64,000 nucleotides of DNA from Podarcis cretensis (GCA_951804945.1 OX638150.1:63178001-63242000); one strand, 5' to 3'. Shown: positions 1 through 11,871, counted from the first letter of the stretch. The notes: generated by a model not told the origin, from the sequence alone. Program-made: numbers and translations.

Positions 1-179
1 TTTCACTCCTTTGATCAGATCTCATTATCATTTGCACTCTGCATAGTAGTGTGACACAACCACATTCCACACTGAATGGTCTTTAAGTCTCACTTCTCCT
101 TTTTCTTCTGTGTATAGATACCTGATCACTGTAATGAAATGGGCTCTGGCCCATGGAATCTAATTGCTAGTCTTTAATG

Positions 180-300
180 AGCCAGTCGTGAACGACTCTG
201 GGGTTGCGGCGCTCATCTCGCTTTACTGGCTGAAGGAGCCAGTGTACAGCTTCTGGGTCATGTGGCCAGCATAACCAAGCCGCTTCTGGTGAACCAGAGC
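180..300 (-). mobile_element. Sauria SINE 3-prime fragment
   Basis: Reverse complement of 967-1083 of the neighbouring full copy. Confidence 0.8.
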
Positions 301-748
301 TCTAAATATCTCTCAGCAATCTTTAAAATAAACCTGTACGGTTGATCTGCACAGTATTATCTATATACTGCAGATGCAGAAGGGAAGCTATAGAAAACTG
401 TTGGGTTGCCCCTAGCTATAGAAAACTTTCCTTCAGAAAACAATGGGTTGCCCCTAGCTGTAGCTGCAGTGAGGCGGGAACTTTGGATTCTCACACTCTT
501 ACAGCTGACTCTTCTATGGCTCTTTCCCCTAATACTTCTACAGATTTATTATCAGGTGATGCAGCTACAGGTGGATTCAGAATGAGCAGAGCTTGGGGGG
601 TGGGGAGAGAGAAAGGGAGTGTTACACCCCTTCTTTTCTATCCATTTTTTTGCTGAACTCTGTTGCCTTTATTTCCAAGGTGCCCTTCTTCCCAAAGTTT
701 CATCTCTCAGAATGAAAAGCAGCTGCAGAATCAGTAACTCACCACCTA

Positions 749-1108
749 GGGATGCGGCTGGTTACCTACATGATTACTCTGTGGGTTAAACCACAGAGCC
801 TAGGACTTGCTGATGAGAAGGTTGGCGGTTTGAATCCCCGCGACGGGGTGAGCTCCCGTCGCTCAGTCCCAGCTCCTGCCAACCTAGCAGTTCGAAAGCA
901 CGTCAAAGTGCAAGTAGATAAATAGGTACTGCTCCGGCGGGAAGGTAAATAGCGTTTCTGTGCACTGCTCTGGTTGCCAGAAGTGGCTGAGTCATGCTGG
1001 CCACATGACCCAGAAGCTGTACGCCGGCTCCCTTGGCCAATAAAGCGAGATGAGCGCTGCAACCCCAGAGTCGGTGACGACTGAACCTAATGGTCAGGGG
1101 CCCCTTTA
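749..1108 (+). mobile_element. Sauria SINE, near full length
   Basis: tRNA-like head (box B-like GGTTTGAATCCC) and typical Sauria body (caacctagcagttcgaaagc...gctggccacatgacc). Confidence 0.85.
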
Positions 1109-1194
1109 AAAAAGAGAAAAAAGAAAAAAAAAGAACTTACCACCTCATCAGTCTGAGGCTACTTGCAGTTACTTTAGCTGATAGATGAAGAAAA

Positions 1195-1373
1195 CCGGAA
1201 GTATTGTCCCGGTTTGCGAACTTTACCTTGGTCTAAGAACGGAATCCAAATGGTGGAAGGGCACCGGCAGCTGGAGACCTCATTAGAGAAAGCACACCTT
1301 GGTTTAAGAACAGTTTCGGTTTAAGAATAGACTTCCGGAACGGATGAAGTTCATAAACCAAGGTACTACTGTA
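1195..1373. mobile_element. Tigger/pogo-like MITE, right end
   Basis: Ends in aggtactactg+TA, the same terminal type as other copies in the window. Confidence 0.6.
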
Positions 1374-2787
1374 CCTTGTAGTTCTGATTTCAGCCACTGT
1401 GCTCCACAAGTTCCCATTGTTTTACTCAGCCTAATACCTGGGCAGCCTGGTCATGGCACAGTAATCATTTGTTATGTGTCTGCCCAGTAAGATGTTATAG
1501 TTAGGGCCGGCTGTGTGGATCCATCAAGTGAGAATGGCTTTGTTGTGCACATATGAAAAACACTCGCTTTGCGCCTGAGGGTTTAGAAAGTGAAACCCTA
1601 AATGTGGGAGGTGCTAAGCTGTACTAGGGTTGCCATTTTTAAAGCTTGGGTCAGGCCAGTGTCGTACTCTGCACAACAGCAAGTTGTGGAGATCATGTGA
1701 CCATGCAGGACTCTCATTCAAAAATATATTTCTGTCCCCATCCTATTTTGTGCACTGCCAGTCCCAGTTGTTATGCTGAAAGATAAAGCCGTTCCTTTAT
1801 CTTCCACTTGTATTTCCCCACAACCTCAGGCTGGACCCTTCACCCTGCTGCAAGGAAAACAAAAGCCGCTTATACAGTCTTGAAAAAGGAGGAGGAGGAG
1901 AAGGAGATAAAGAAAAGAAAAGGAGTCTCCAGACACATGAAAAGTTTCCATTCTGCTAAGTTACTAGATACATGAAGAATAAGTTGCTACAAATTAAATA
2001 GTAAATCACAGAATTCTAGTCTGCATTATAATTATCTTATTAAATGTTTTTTGATCTCAATATGTATGTGTTTTTAACCTATTAACACTTTGAAGACCCT
2101 TGGGCAGAAAAGCAACCAAAAATAATACAAATTCATTATACTGTGTGTGTGTGTGTGCATATGTTGGTCATTTTGGGTCTAGGCTCATCTGAGTCCATTT
2201 TGTTCCCCCATTCACTAGTTTGAAGTTTAAACATAGTTATAACTTCTGTTTTGTTTTGACAGAAGTGGACGAAATTTGTAGGCACATGAGTTCCTGAAGA
2301 ATGGATAAAGCCTGTGAAATTATGTGCAACTAAAAGGACCAGGAGCTATTGTGCTGAGTCCTTTTTAATTATTATTTTTAAATAAACATTTAAAAATATG
2401 TTTTGGGGGTTGGATTAAGTTTGCAGACAAGGTGATCCCTTCCGAGGGTTTAAAGCCTGCTAAATTTCAGAAGGATGGCTGCAGTGGTTTCCCCACAAGG
2501 GTCACTGTTATAGTTTTTGGGTGGGTATAAAAATAGGACCACTTAACATTCCCTAGTGCTTGGAGGACAATTGGTCTGAAAGTAGCAGACTTAAGAGATA
2601 TGCTCTTGGGAAAGAACCCTGCCAAATTGTAGACAAATAAGTCTAGGACTTTTTTTGCTAGTCACATTTAAAGTTGATTGGGGGCAGGGGGGAGAACTTA
2701 ATCTTCACCTTGATTAAATCATTTAAATAGAGCCAAAAAATACTTCACATTTGTGAACATTATGTGCTCTATTTAATGAATGATTTC

Positions 2788-2840
2788 CCCTTCCTTCCTT
2801 CCTTCCTTCCTTCCTTCCTTCCTTCCTTCTTTCCTTCCTT
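2788..2840. repeat. (TTCC)n microsatellite
   Basis: Read directly from the sequence. Confidence 0.95.
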
Positions 2841-2913
2841 GATGGTTAGTTTTGACATAGCTACACAGTCATGTACTTTGCCTTCATGGTCTTCAATAGT
2901 AAGGATTACTGTC

Positions 2914-5357
2914 GGTCTTCTGGGTTGGTGCCTCCGGTAATGGCGGAATTCTTCTGATCGGGAGGAATTTGCCCCGTGGGAATTTGGGTCTGGCCGTCAC
3001 GGTGAAGGCGGAGACCCGCAAAAAATCACAGGCGGGAGAAGCCTGTGAGCGTGGGATTCGGCAGGCACCTTTTGCGCCTCCCCTACTCACGGGGAAACCC
3101 GGTTTCGGGGGTCCGGAGCGACGTGGGGTGAGCGGCGCGGTGCTTCGAATCGTCTGCTTCTTCCACGGAGCGAAGCCGCATAGCTGTTGCCGGAGAGCGC
3201 TGACTTTTTCCTGTGGACAATTTGATTTTAAAGTAATTACCCGTGAGTAGAGCTGAAGCAGAAGAATTGGATTTCTAAAAGTTTAATTTGGTATCGTAAC
3301 GGGGAGGTTCAATACAGGAAGTCCTCCTTCCCCTTTTGTAAATAGACTGAAGCATTGAGGCTGCAAGCTGAAGCCTTGGAAAGCCTATTGTAAAGGACTA
3401 AATTTCCATCGGTAAAGAACATAAAACCCCCCCTTGGAGGCAGGAGAAGAGGGGGGGAAGTTGTGAACTGAATATGCCTGCGGGAGAGAGCGAAGAGAGT
3501 TAAAATACCACCACTCAGACCTTGGAAACGGGCTGCTAGCAGGACTGACGTTCTTTGGAAGGCTCACTGACAGTGATTAGAACGTTCGTTGACAGCTAGC
3601 TAATAAGAGAAATACATTGTTTCTACTGTCTCCGTCTGCTTTTAAAAAGGAGTAAAAGTAACTGAAAATTGAAACTAACTTAATTGTTTGAGCTGTGTTT
3701 AAAAGAGGACATTATTGACTAATATAAACAGAAACTGTTTCCCCCTAGAGGAAGCTTTTGAAACTGTTACAAGAGTTGGGCTGGGGAATTTCCAGCTGCA
3801 AGATAAAAAGCTGTGAGACTCTGGGACTGACCTTGAATCGGTTAAATGTTATGGCAAATGGAAAGGAAAAAAACCGGACTAATCAATTCCTGAAAAAACA
3901 TTAAGGTCTGGGAGGACTTGGCAGCAATCTAGGAGAGCCTCAATATCAGGCCCCCCTGCTTCTTCCGCTATTGCTTTTGTAACAGTATATTTAAAATCAA
4001 TAGGAATGTTGACAGAAGAGGCCTTAGCGGTTGCATTAAGTAAGATAAGTGATTCACTGGAACAGCTTAACAAGAAAATAGATGTGACAAATGTGAAAGT
4101 GGACGCTGCAACTATTAAAATTGACTTAAATACAGAAAGTATAAATAATCTGGGACAAAAGGTGAATATCAATACAGAAACAAAGAAAGTGATACAGGAA
4201 TCTACTTTGATACGGCAGATTGTGGAGGAAGCTAGGGAGAAAGCCGTTGCTGCTGAATGTAAAGTAACACAATTGGTGAGAGAGAGAGTTCCAGCCTTAC
4301 AGAGGCAACTTGATGACCATAAGTCGACGCTTGCTATGATTGAATTTAAAGAAAAACAGACGAATTTGAGGATCAGAGCCCTACCTGAATTGGAGAAGGA
4401 AAGTTTGATAGACTTCTTCACACAGGAATTTGCTGATTTTGGGGACTTGGATCTGGGTCAAGAAGAGTTTAAAACTGTGAGGGCCTTCAGATTTGGAAGA
4501 GGAGGGAAAAAAGAGAAGAACAGAATAAGAGACTGTTGGCACTACCAGAAGAACCTAGAAGTACAACAGCCAAGAGTGGAAATTTTTAAAGACGTCCCGA
4601 AATACCTTTTGGATCTTAGGTCTAACTACGGAGATTTGGTTGGCCTGCTGAGAAGGAATAAAATCATCTTTAGGTGGGAGTTTCCCCAAGGTCTATTCTT
4701 CAGCTTTAAAGGAAGGAAAATAAAAATAAGATCAATAGAAGACAAAGTAAAGTTTTTGTATAAATACGAAGAAGATTTGCAGAAGGGACTTGGAAAAGAG
4801 CTAAGAGCATCGAACAGAAGATCACCAGGTTGATGGACTATATGGAATTGGCGGAAATGACTGGCAGAATCCGAGACCAGGGAGAAGAGTCGGTGGATGA
4901 AGATTGGAAAAAAGTTTAAAGACTATTTATAGAAATATTGTAAAATTAATGAATGTTAGAAAAATGTTGGAATAAAGTTATATGGCTTTAGTAGAAATGT
5001 TATAAGGAATTGGGTATAAATAGATTATTAGAGTATTAAAGGAAAAATAAGGTTAGAATATGTTAAGATAATTATAGGACAGAAAATAGAGGAAGATGGA
5101 AAGGAATTGCTGAAAGAATTAATAGAAGTGGAATACAAAAAGGGAGTGTGAGGAGGTCGTTGAAACAAGTGAATGAAAGATAAGATACTGAAATTGTATG
5201 ATGTGTGCTAAACTGTTTTTGTTTTGTTTTGTTTTGTTTATTGTGTTAGTGTTGTGTAATTTTTTTATATTGTATTGTATTGTCTTTTTTATTATTATTT
5301 CTTTTTTCTTTTTTCTTTCCTTTTTTGTAGTGTTTAAAAGTAATAATTTTTTTTTTA
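2914..5357 (+). mobile_element. Internally deleted L1-clade LINE: CpG-rich 5-prime UTR, ORF1, last ~35 codons of ORF2, 3-prime UTR
   Basis: TSD aaggattactgtc (2901-2913) / aaggattgctgtc (5358-5370). YY1-like ATGGCGG near the 5-prime end. ORF 4006-4833 has a coiled coil, an NLRIRALPE RRM start and an L1 ORF1-type CTD. Confidence 0.8.
3851..4833 (+). pseudogene. L1 ORF1p-like reading frame; 5-prime part disrupted, open from 4006 to 4833
   Basis: Heptad-rich N-terminal half, NLRIRALPE, and IFKDVP...LRRNKIIFRWEFPQGL motifs typical of L1 ORF1. The upstream ATG at 3851 hits an early stop. Confidence 0.7.
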
Positions 5358-8300
5358 AAGGATTGCTGTCATCCCCCCATTTTGGCATAACAAATTATAG
5401 CCGTTACTACAATGTGCACAAAACAGGCAAATCTCTTGCATTACTTAATAATGGAAAATTTATTTCCCACTTTCTATGTGTTGTTAACATTATGTTATCC
5501 CTTACCTTTGCCCAGGTATTCTCTTGTTTCCAGATAAGTCCACCACATATGAAAATGAAGTCTATCTTCCTTTTGACATTTCCAACATTTCTTGCTAACT
5601 ATATTTCATAGGTTACATGATTTCACTGCTGCTGTTTGCCAATACATCATCAGCCCAAAACAGTGGTCTTGATAGCTTGCACAAAGTGAGCAGCTTATTT
5701 GCTCTTTTCCTCAAGTATTCCCAGACATCAAATGTTCTAGTACATTCCCAAATCTTCATTTTATCATCACTTTAATGCAGTATAACACAGTTTATCACTT
5801 TTAATATAAGCTTATTTTCCATATTTCAAAATCTCCTAAGATGGGTCCAAAATTGAACTCTTCTCCATATATTACTGTACATACATACGATTTATCAGGA
5901 CACATTGTCTATATTGATCTCATATGTTTATTAAACTATCAAAAAGTTAGATTCAGAATATTTCTACTTATTCTTATTATCCATCCACATGATCCAAAGA
6001 AATCCACTTGAAATCCACTTTTGTATTAACCTATAAGGTGCCACAAGACTCTTTGTGGTTTTTGTTGCAACAGACTAACATGGCTACATTATATCACTGG
6101 ACGTTGTTAAGTAGGACTTGCAGTTCTTGAGAGAGCATATCACGCAGGGCAACACACTTCCCTCTTTCTCTCAGACTACAAGACCAAGGCCGTGTGTTGG
6201 CAGATCACAGTTTATAACTTTGCTTGTTCTCCTCTAACCCTGCTTCTGATTGGCTTTGACAGATTTCACAAGTTCTGGATACTCTAAGGGGAAATAGGGA
6301 TATAAACATCTTAACTGTGATAATCCTCAACATTTTAACCTGATTTCCACCCACCCCTGACAGTAATCACCTTGTAGTCCCTGTGGACCTCTAGCCCTGG
6401 GTAGAATGTCCCCTCCTCTCATCAATGCCTGGATGCTGACTCAGAGCTATATTGCCCCTATTTGTGGAAGTATCACTTAGCTGTCAGAGTTAAAAGTTGT
6501 TGATAAGACATCTCCTCTGGGAGTTTTCTTACCCATTTTAAAGCTAGTAGCCAATACCACATTTTGTAGTCAATTTCCTAAGACATGCATCATGTGAACA
6601 AGTGCTACCTTTTGTTGGTCCTGAACTTAATGTCAGTCGAATCCAAGTTATTGTATCAGTATAAAGCAAACTTGTGTGGGAAATTGTTAAGTTATTCATA
6701 ATTTCACACAGCTTTATAAATAAATCCTTGCTTCAAACCAGGGATGAGGAGCCTCTGCCTGCCTATATGTTGTTGCACTCTAATGCCCATCAGCCCTAGC
6801 CAGCAGGGTCTATGGTTAGGAATGATGGGAGCTGTAGTCCAGCAACATCTGGAGAGCTATAGTGTTCCTTTGCTGCCCTAAACGAAAAAGCTTCAGATCA
6901 CTTTAGCCTTCACTAATAAGGAAGTTGCTCCAAAATCTCTATAAACCTGCCATTTTATTGCCAATCTCTTTCTGAATTTATCCCAGAACTGGGCTTGCCC
7001 TTTTTGCTGCAGCTGTCATTCTCAATGAGCTTTCCGCTGCTCTCCCAATATCTCTCCTCTCTCAGTAAATCCAGAACAGCAAACACTAAAAATACTTTGA
7101 TCAACTTTGCTCATGACAACGTGTCATTGCACATAATATATAAGTCCATTTTACCCAACGCAGAGAAGCTTCTGTTGTAATCTTGTTTGTTTTATAAATG
7201 CAACGTATTGTCCCTTCAATAGCAACAACAAAAAAAGTCTTCAGACTGTGATGCTCTTTTTAAGACTATGTTATCTAGTGTTGTATCGTTTTGTAACTCC
7301 CTCATTCACCTGCATTTCCCACAATTATCCCTGGCTACCTGTAATCTTAGGTCATCCACGAGTTGTGAAAGATTTTGTAGCAAATTGCTCGTCATGGGAA
7401 AAATTATTTCATTTTAACAGATTAATGCCTATTTTTACATCACTTTCATAAACTGTTTTTCTTTTGACCTGCAAGATAAGTACAACTGATATTTAAAAAT
7501 AAACAAAATGGGAGAATATGAATTTAATTAGACTTCTAATTAAGTTGTGCGATTCCTAACCCTGTTCATTACAAGGAAGGCTCTGAAATCACCAAGCACC
7601 TCAAATTCTGACAGACACTTTTAAAAACGCAAAATCTTGACTTTTAATTTAGCTTTAAATTTCCTTCTAGATTTTAGGTAGTTGGACTTGATGACCCTTG
7701 AGATACCTTCCAACTCTACAGTTCTATGATTCTATTATATCCTCCCTTATAAAACCAAGATCTAGCTAAGATTTTTAGAAAAGACATTTACTTATTGTTT
7801 TCTGCAGAGATCATGCTAAAATCTTAGGGTACACTGTATAGTTTTCTGTCGCTTGGCAATTATAATCATTTTGCACAGCCCAGTCAAATATTGGAATCCT
7901 ACCCAGAGAGTTCAATTGTTTTAAAGCAAAGAGTTAAAGTATGTGTTTAACACACTCTCAAAATAATTGAAATGGAAATTCTGGATTAGAAAACACTGTG
8001 GAAATTGCCTTGTATTATTTCACAATGTTCCTTTATAATATCTAATTACTAAATTTGTATAAGCCACCCATTAACATTTGTTCTCTCGGTGGCTTACAGA
8101 AAAGATTACAATATTAAATATAAATTACAATAGTTAAAATTAAACAACAGAAACAATAAAAGCTGCCCTTTCTGGTAGAAGATAAATAAAACCACTTAAA
8201 TTATAAGATACAACTCAAACCCTCTGGGGTGGTACCACTGAACAGGCCTCTGAAGAGGAGCCAAGGCATAAGCAGAAGGTGGCAGTCATATAACTGCATT

Positions 8301-8892
8301 GACGGTCTTCCTTTTTTAGAGTATATCAACTATCTAAACAGAGGTACTGAAAAACTTTAATAAAAACATGGGGTTTTAAAACAATCCCCATTTCAATAGA
8401 AGTATCTCTATTGTACAGAAGGCAAACAAGCACCTAGGTTTGCTTTTTCAGATTTTTCTGTATCTGTTAAACTGTGAGCCAAACCTGAAAGAAGTGCTTT
8501 CAGAGGAGATCCAAATGACACCTGTAATAGACAGGTCTCTTAATCAATTGACCACTTTGCCACGGTGTGTGTACAACTGGGAATGCTATGTACAGATAGA
8601 GAAAACGTCATAGTGTAGCAAAAACCATTACGTTCTTTACCATTTCTCCGGCCTCAACACACACAGAGAGATAGGCCCTTCCCTAAGTAGATTTTGTGCA
8701 CTACTTGAGTGTTAATTGTTTATGAGACAGATTAATTTGAATTAGGAGCACAGATGCTACTAGGTTTTTTTTGCTAGGGGTTAAAGTTGTGTTGCCCATC
8801 AGGTCTTTAAATAACTGAGAATCTATAATCTCATGGGGCTGAGCTACTCCTAGGAGTGCAACAACTAGCTGGAGTCACATTAATCTTCAGAG

Positions 8893-9180
8893 GGGTAGCC
8901 CGCTAGTCTGCTTCAACAGAAATACCAAAGAGTTTTGTGGCTAACAAATTTATTACAGCATAATATTTTGTAGACCACCGTCCACTCCATCAGATGCAAG
9001 AAATGTTATCCTGAGTTGCAGGTATAAGCACACATTGGTGGTGTATTTAACAGTTTACAACCTCCTCACTCCCCAAATGTGGCATGTGTCTCAGGATAAC
9101 ATTTCACCTATCCACATTTCCTGCATTTGATAAATAGACTCCAGTTCACAAAATATTATATTGTAATAAATTTCTTAGTC
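8893..9180. mobile_element. Penelope-like element remnant with inverted repeat arms
   Basis: 8940-9015 is the imperfect reverse complement of 9090-9180. Related fragments occur at ~6035-6087, ~130-178 and ~14785-14905. Confidence 0.5.
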
Positions 9181-11690
9181 CTTGTTCAAATTAAACTGGA
9201 AACCTTTTCAGAGCCCTGCTGAGGGTGATGAGACCCCTGGACAAACTCAAGCAGGCAGATAGTACTCAGCTTTCAGTACAACCCTCTAAAATCAGTGAGA
9301 CTTTCTCCAGTAAGTAAGGAGAGGATTGCAGCCTGGGCCTTTTTTTCTTTTCTGGGCTTCTGAATTTGTCTCTTCTTCCAAGTAAAATAAGGAAGTGGGA
9401 GCAGGAGAAATCCCTGCCGTGGAGCACGACCACCCTCCTCTGCATGCGCCTTTTGTTAGGGGCGCTCCTCTTCTCCCCAAGGAAGGAGGAGTTCCTCTGC
9501 TTGTGGGACAACGGCTGGGCTTCCAGCAACGTGTAGGTGTGAGTTGCCTTCAAAAGGATAAAAGGCACTGCTGGCGGGGTGGGGGCAGTTTGGAGAGGGC
9601 AAGCCCTGACACTCACGAGGCTTTTGGGCATGGAAATCCAAGGCTGGTTCCCAGCAGCAGGTTCCAGCCTTCCTGAATTCAGGATCTGCAGGAAGAGTGG
9701 TTTGAAATCTCGGCGCAGTAAATCACCTTACACGGAGATCCTATGGGTTTCATTGCCCACATTATCTTATTGGTATCATCAGCAAGCCCCTCTCCTTTGA
9801 ATGAGCCGCGTTGGCGTTCCTTATTGTAGCAAACGGTTCGTGCTTGCTGCTCAGAAACGAAGGAGAAAGGGCTCTGTTAAAAAAATTGATCTATGCCACA
9901 CACAGAACTGTCCTCTTTCAATACCAAAAGATTCACGATCGTTCCAGGAAGCCATGCTCCGTGTTTCTTGCCCTGTCGGGGAGGGAGATTTAGCTACCAG
10001 AGTCAATATCAGTGGGTGTTTTGTTTTGTAACTCCCAAAAATACCGAAGAAGAGATAGTGTAAACACGTGTGTATATGTACGTGCACATACACACACACT
10101 GAGGCAGTTGTTATGGGGTTGTTACTAAGCCTTTAAGCTCGCTTGGTGATGTTGGGTCCGTCACTGTCTCTAAGCCTAGCCTACCTCGCAGGGCTGTTGT
10201 TGGGGCAGGGTAAAATGGGGAGGAAGAGAACCATGTGTGCCCCTGGAGAAAAGATAGAATACAAATGTAATGAATGAATGAATAATATTATATTAGAGAG
10301 AGGCACACTAGAGATGTAGTTTTAAACCTTTTTAATGACTCTAAAGATAGTTTTGATTATGTTTTGTTCGCTACGCTGGGACGCTGCGGGAGGAAGGGCG
10401 GAAGAGAACTATAATGGAAATGTAATAAAAGTCCTAAATCGACTGCTGAGTAAAGAGCGGGCAGCAAATATTTCGAATAGACACGTAAACATAAAAGCTA
10501 GTTTTGGAAAGCGTTCCTGCCAATTAGTAGTATTACGACCTCGCATCAGAGAGGAGCGTCACCCGAAGATAAATAAGCTCTTGCTTTCTCTCTTCCTTCC
10601 TCCTCCAGCTTCCCTACTTGATTTCTCTGTTTTTCGAAAATTTTAATGAAAAAAACCCAGCTCCTCTCAATGGTGTAGTACAATAAGGATTAGCGTTTCG
10701 AATTATTAACAACTGATTTTATTAATATTCATCGAGGTGTTTATTGGAGAGATCCACTGGAAGAGCACGTCGTCTTTTAACAAGCTCAGCGCTGCTGCCT
10801 GTCATTCTTTGGACACTTCCGACAACCAGGAAAAACGGTTGTCCAGTGATGATGGTATTGGTGGTGATTTTAAAAGACCGGTATTTTATTTTTTTCTTAT
10901 TAAAATCTTCTTCCTGAATGGATGCAGTTGATTCTACTTGAATATTTTAATAATGATGATGATGATGATGCGTTCTGTGTGTGTGTTACGCTCATTTGAA
11001 ACAGGAAGCTGTGAAAACTGAACTTTTCAAGAAAACGTAGACTCACCCGATTATTACGTTAATATTTATAAAAGTAAAGCTTCCCCCACCCAATATCGCC
11101 AGGAAAATATTAGGCCCAGGTTTCTGGGATGTCCCGTTAATGCATTCTCAGATGTCTGGCAGCCTATGTACAATCTAAAATGGTTGGGATGGGATTATTA
11201 GAAAGACCACTCCAGCATGGCTATGTGGCTTCGGGGTCTCAGAGGGATTAAAAAAGTGGAACCGGTGTCCTTTTTTTGCACGAAAACTATGCTTTTCTCA
11301 CATGATAAACACCATTGCTTCCACAGAGCTGACCTTAAACTAAAATGCAAAACGAACAGACAAAAACCCCTTAGGACCCTTTCCATTTTTTGTAAGTCTC
11401 TTTTTAACCAGGTGCTCCAAGTGGTGGAGATGCCAGGTTGCCGGTCTTGTAACTAAATGACACCGACTACCTGCCCACTGCCTGGGAAAACCCATGGAAA
11501 TACCACCTCTCCCTCCCCCCTCCCCGTTTTCTTCCTGGGCCCTTTACCTGATGACCCCTTTTGTGCCTGGATTTCTTTGTATTCTCTGGGAACTTCTCAG
11601 GCCTTCCTTACCATCTAAGCATAACCTCCTCTGTCGGGGCCCTTCCTCTCCCCCACCCCGTCATTTCTATCTGCTGAGTAATTTGTACCC

Positions 11691-11871
11691 AGTGGCTTCC
11701 CTTTGATTCCTGCACTTTGAAATGCAAACCTGCCTTTCAATGCAAATGCTCCGGGAGCTTGGCCCAATAAAAAGCCTTTCCTCAGGGAGGTGCCTTTGCA
11801 AAGTGGGGAAGTGAAGGGAGGAAAAGAAAAAAAAACCAAACCACACCACTGACCAAGACGTTCAGGTGAGC
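11691..11871 (+). promoter_or_regulatory. CDX1: CDX1 proximal promoter: two TCF/LEF sites, octamer, TATA-like box, start-site region
   Basis: CTTTGAT 11701-11707, CTTTGAA 11715-11721, ATGCAAAT 11740-11747, CAATAAAAA 11765-11773, GTTCAGGTGAGC 11860-11871. Paired proximal TCF/LEF sites are an established feature of the Wnt-responsive Cdx1 promoter. Confidence 0.8.

Noticed and set aside
385-465. Short direct repeats (tagaaaac...tgggttgcccctagct)
   Set aside because: Only two copies; a simple local duplication. No CRISPR-like or other array is expected or seen in this vertebrate DNA.
3879-4421. 180-aa antisense ORF
   Set aside because: Mirror frame of L1 ORF1.
5119-5611. Hydrophobic and Lys-rich ORFs
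   Set aside because: Artefacts of the low-complexity T-rich L1 3-prime UTR.
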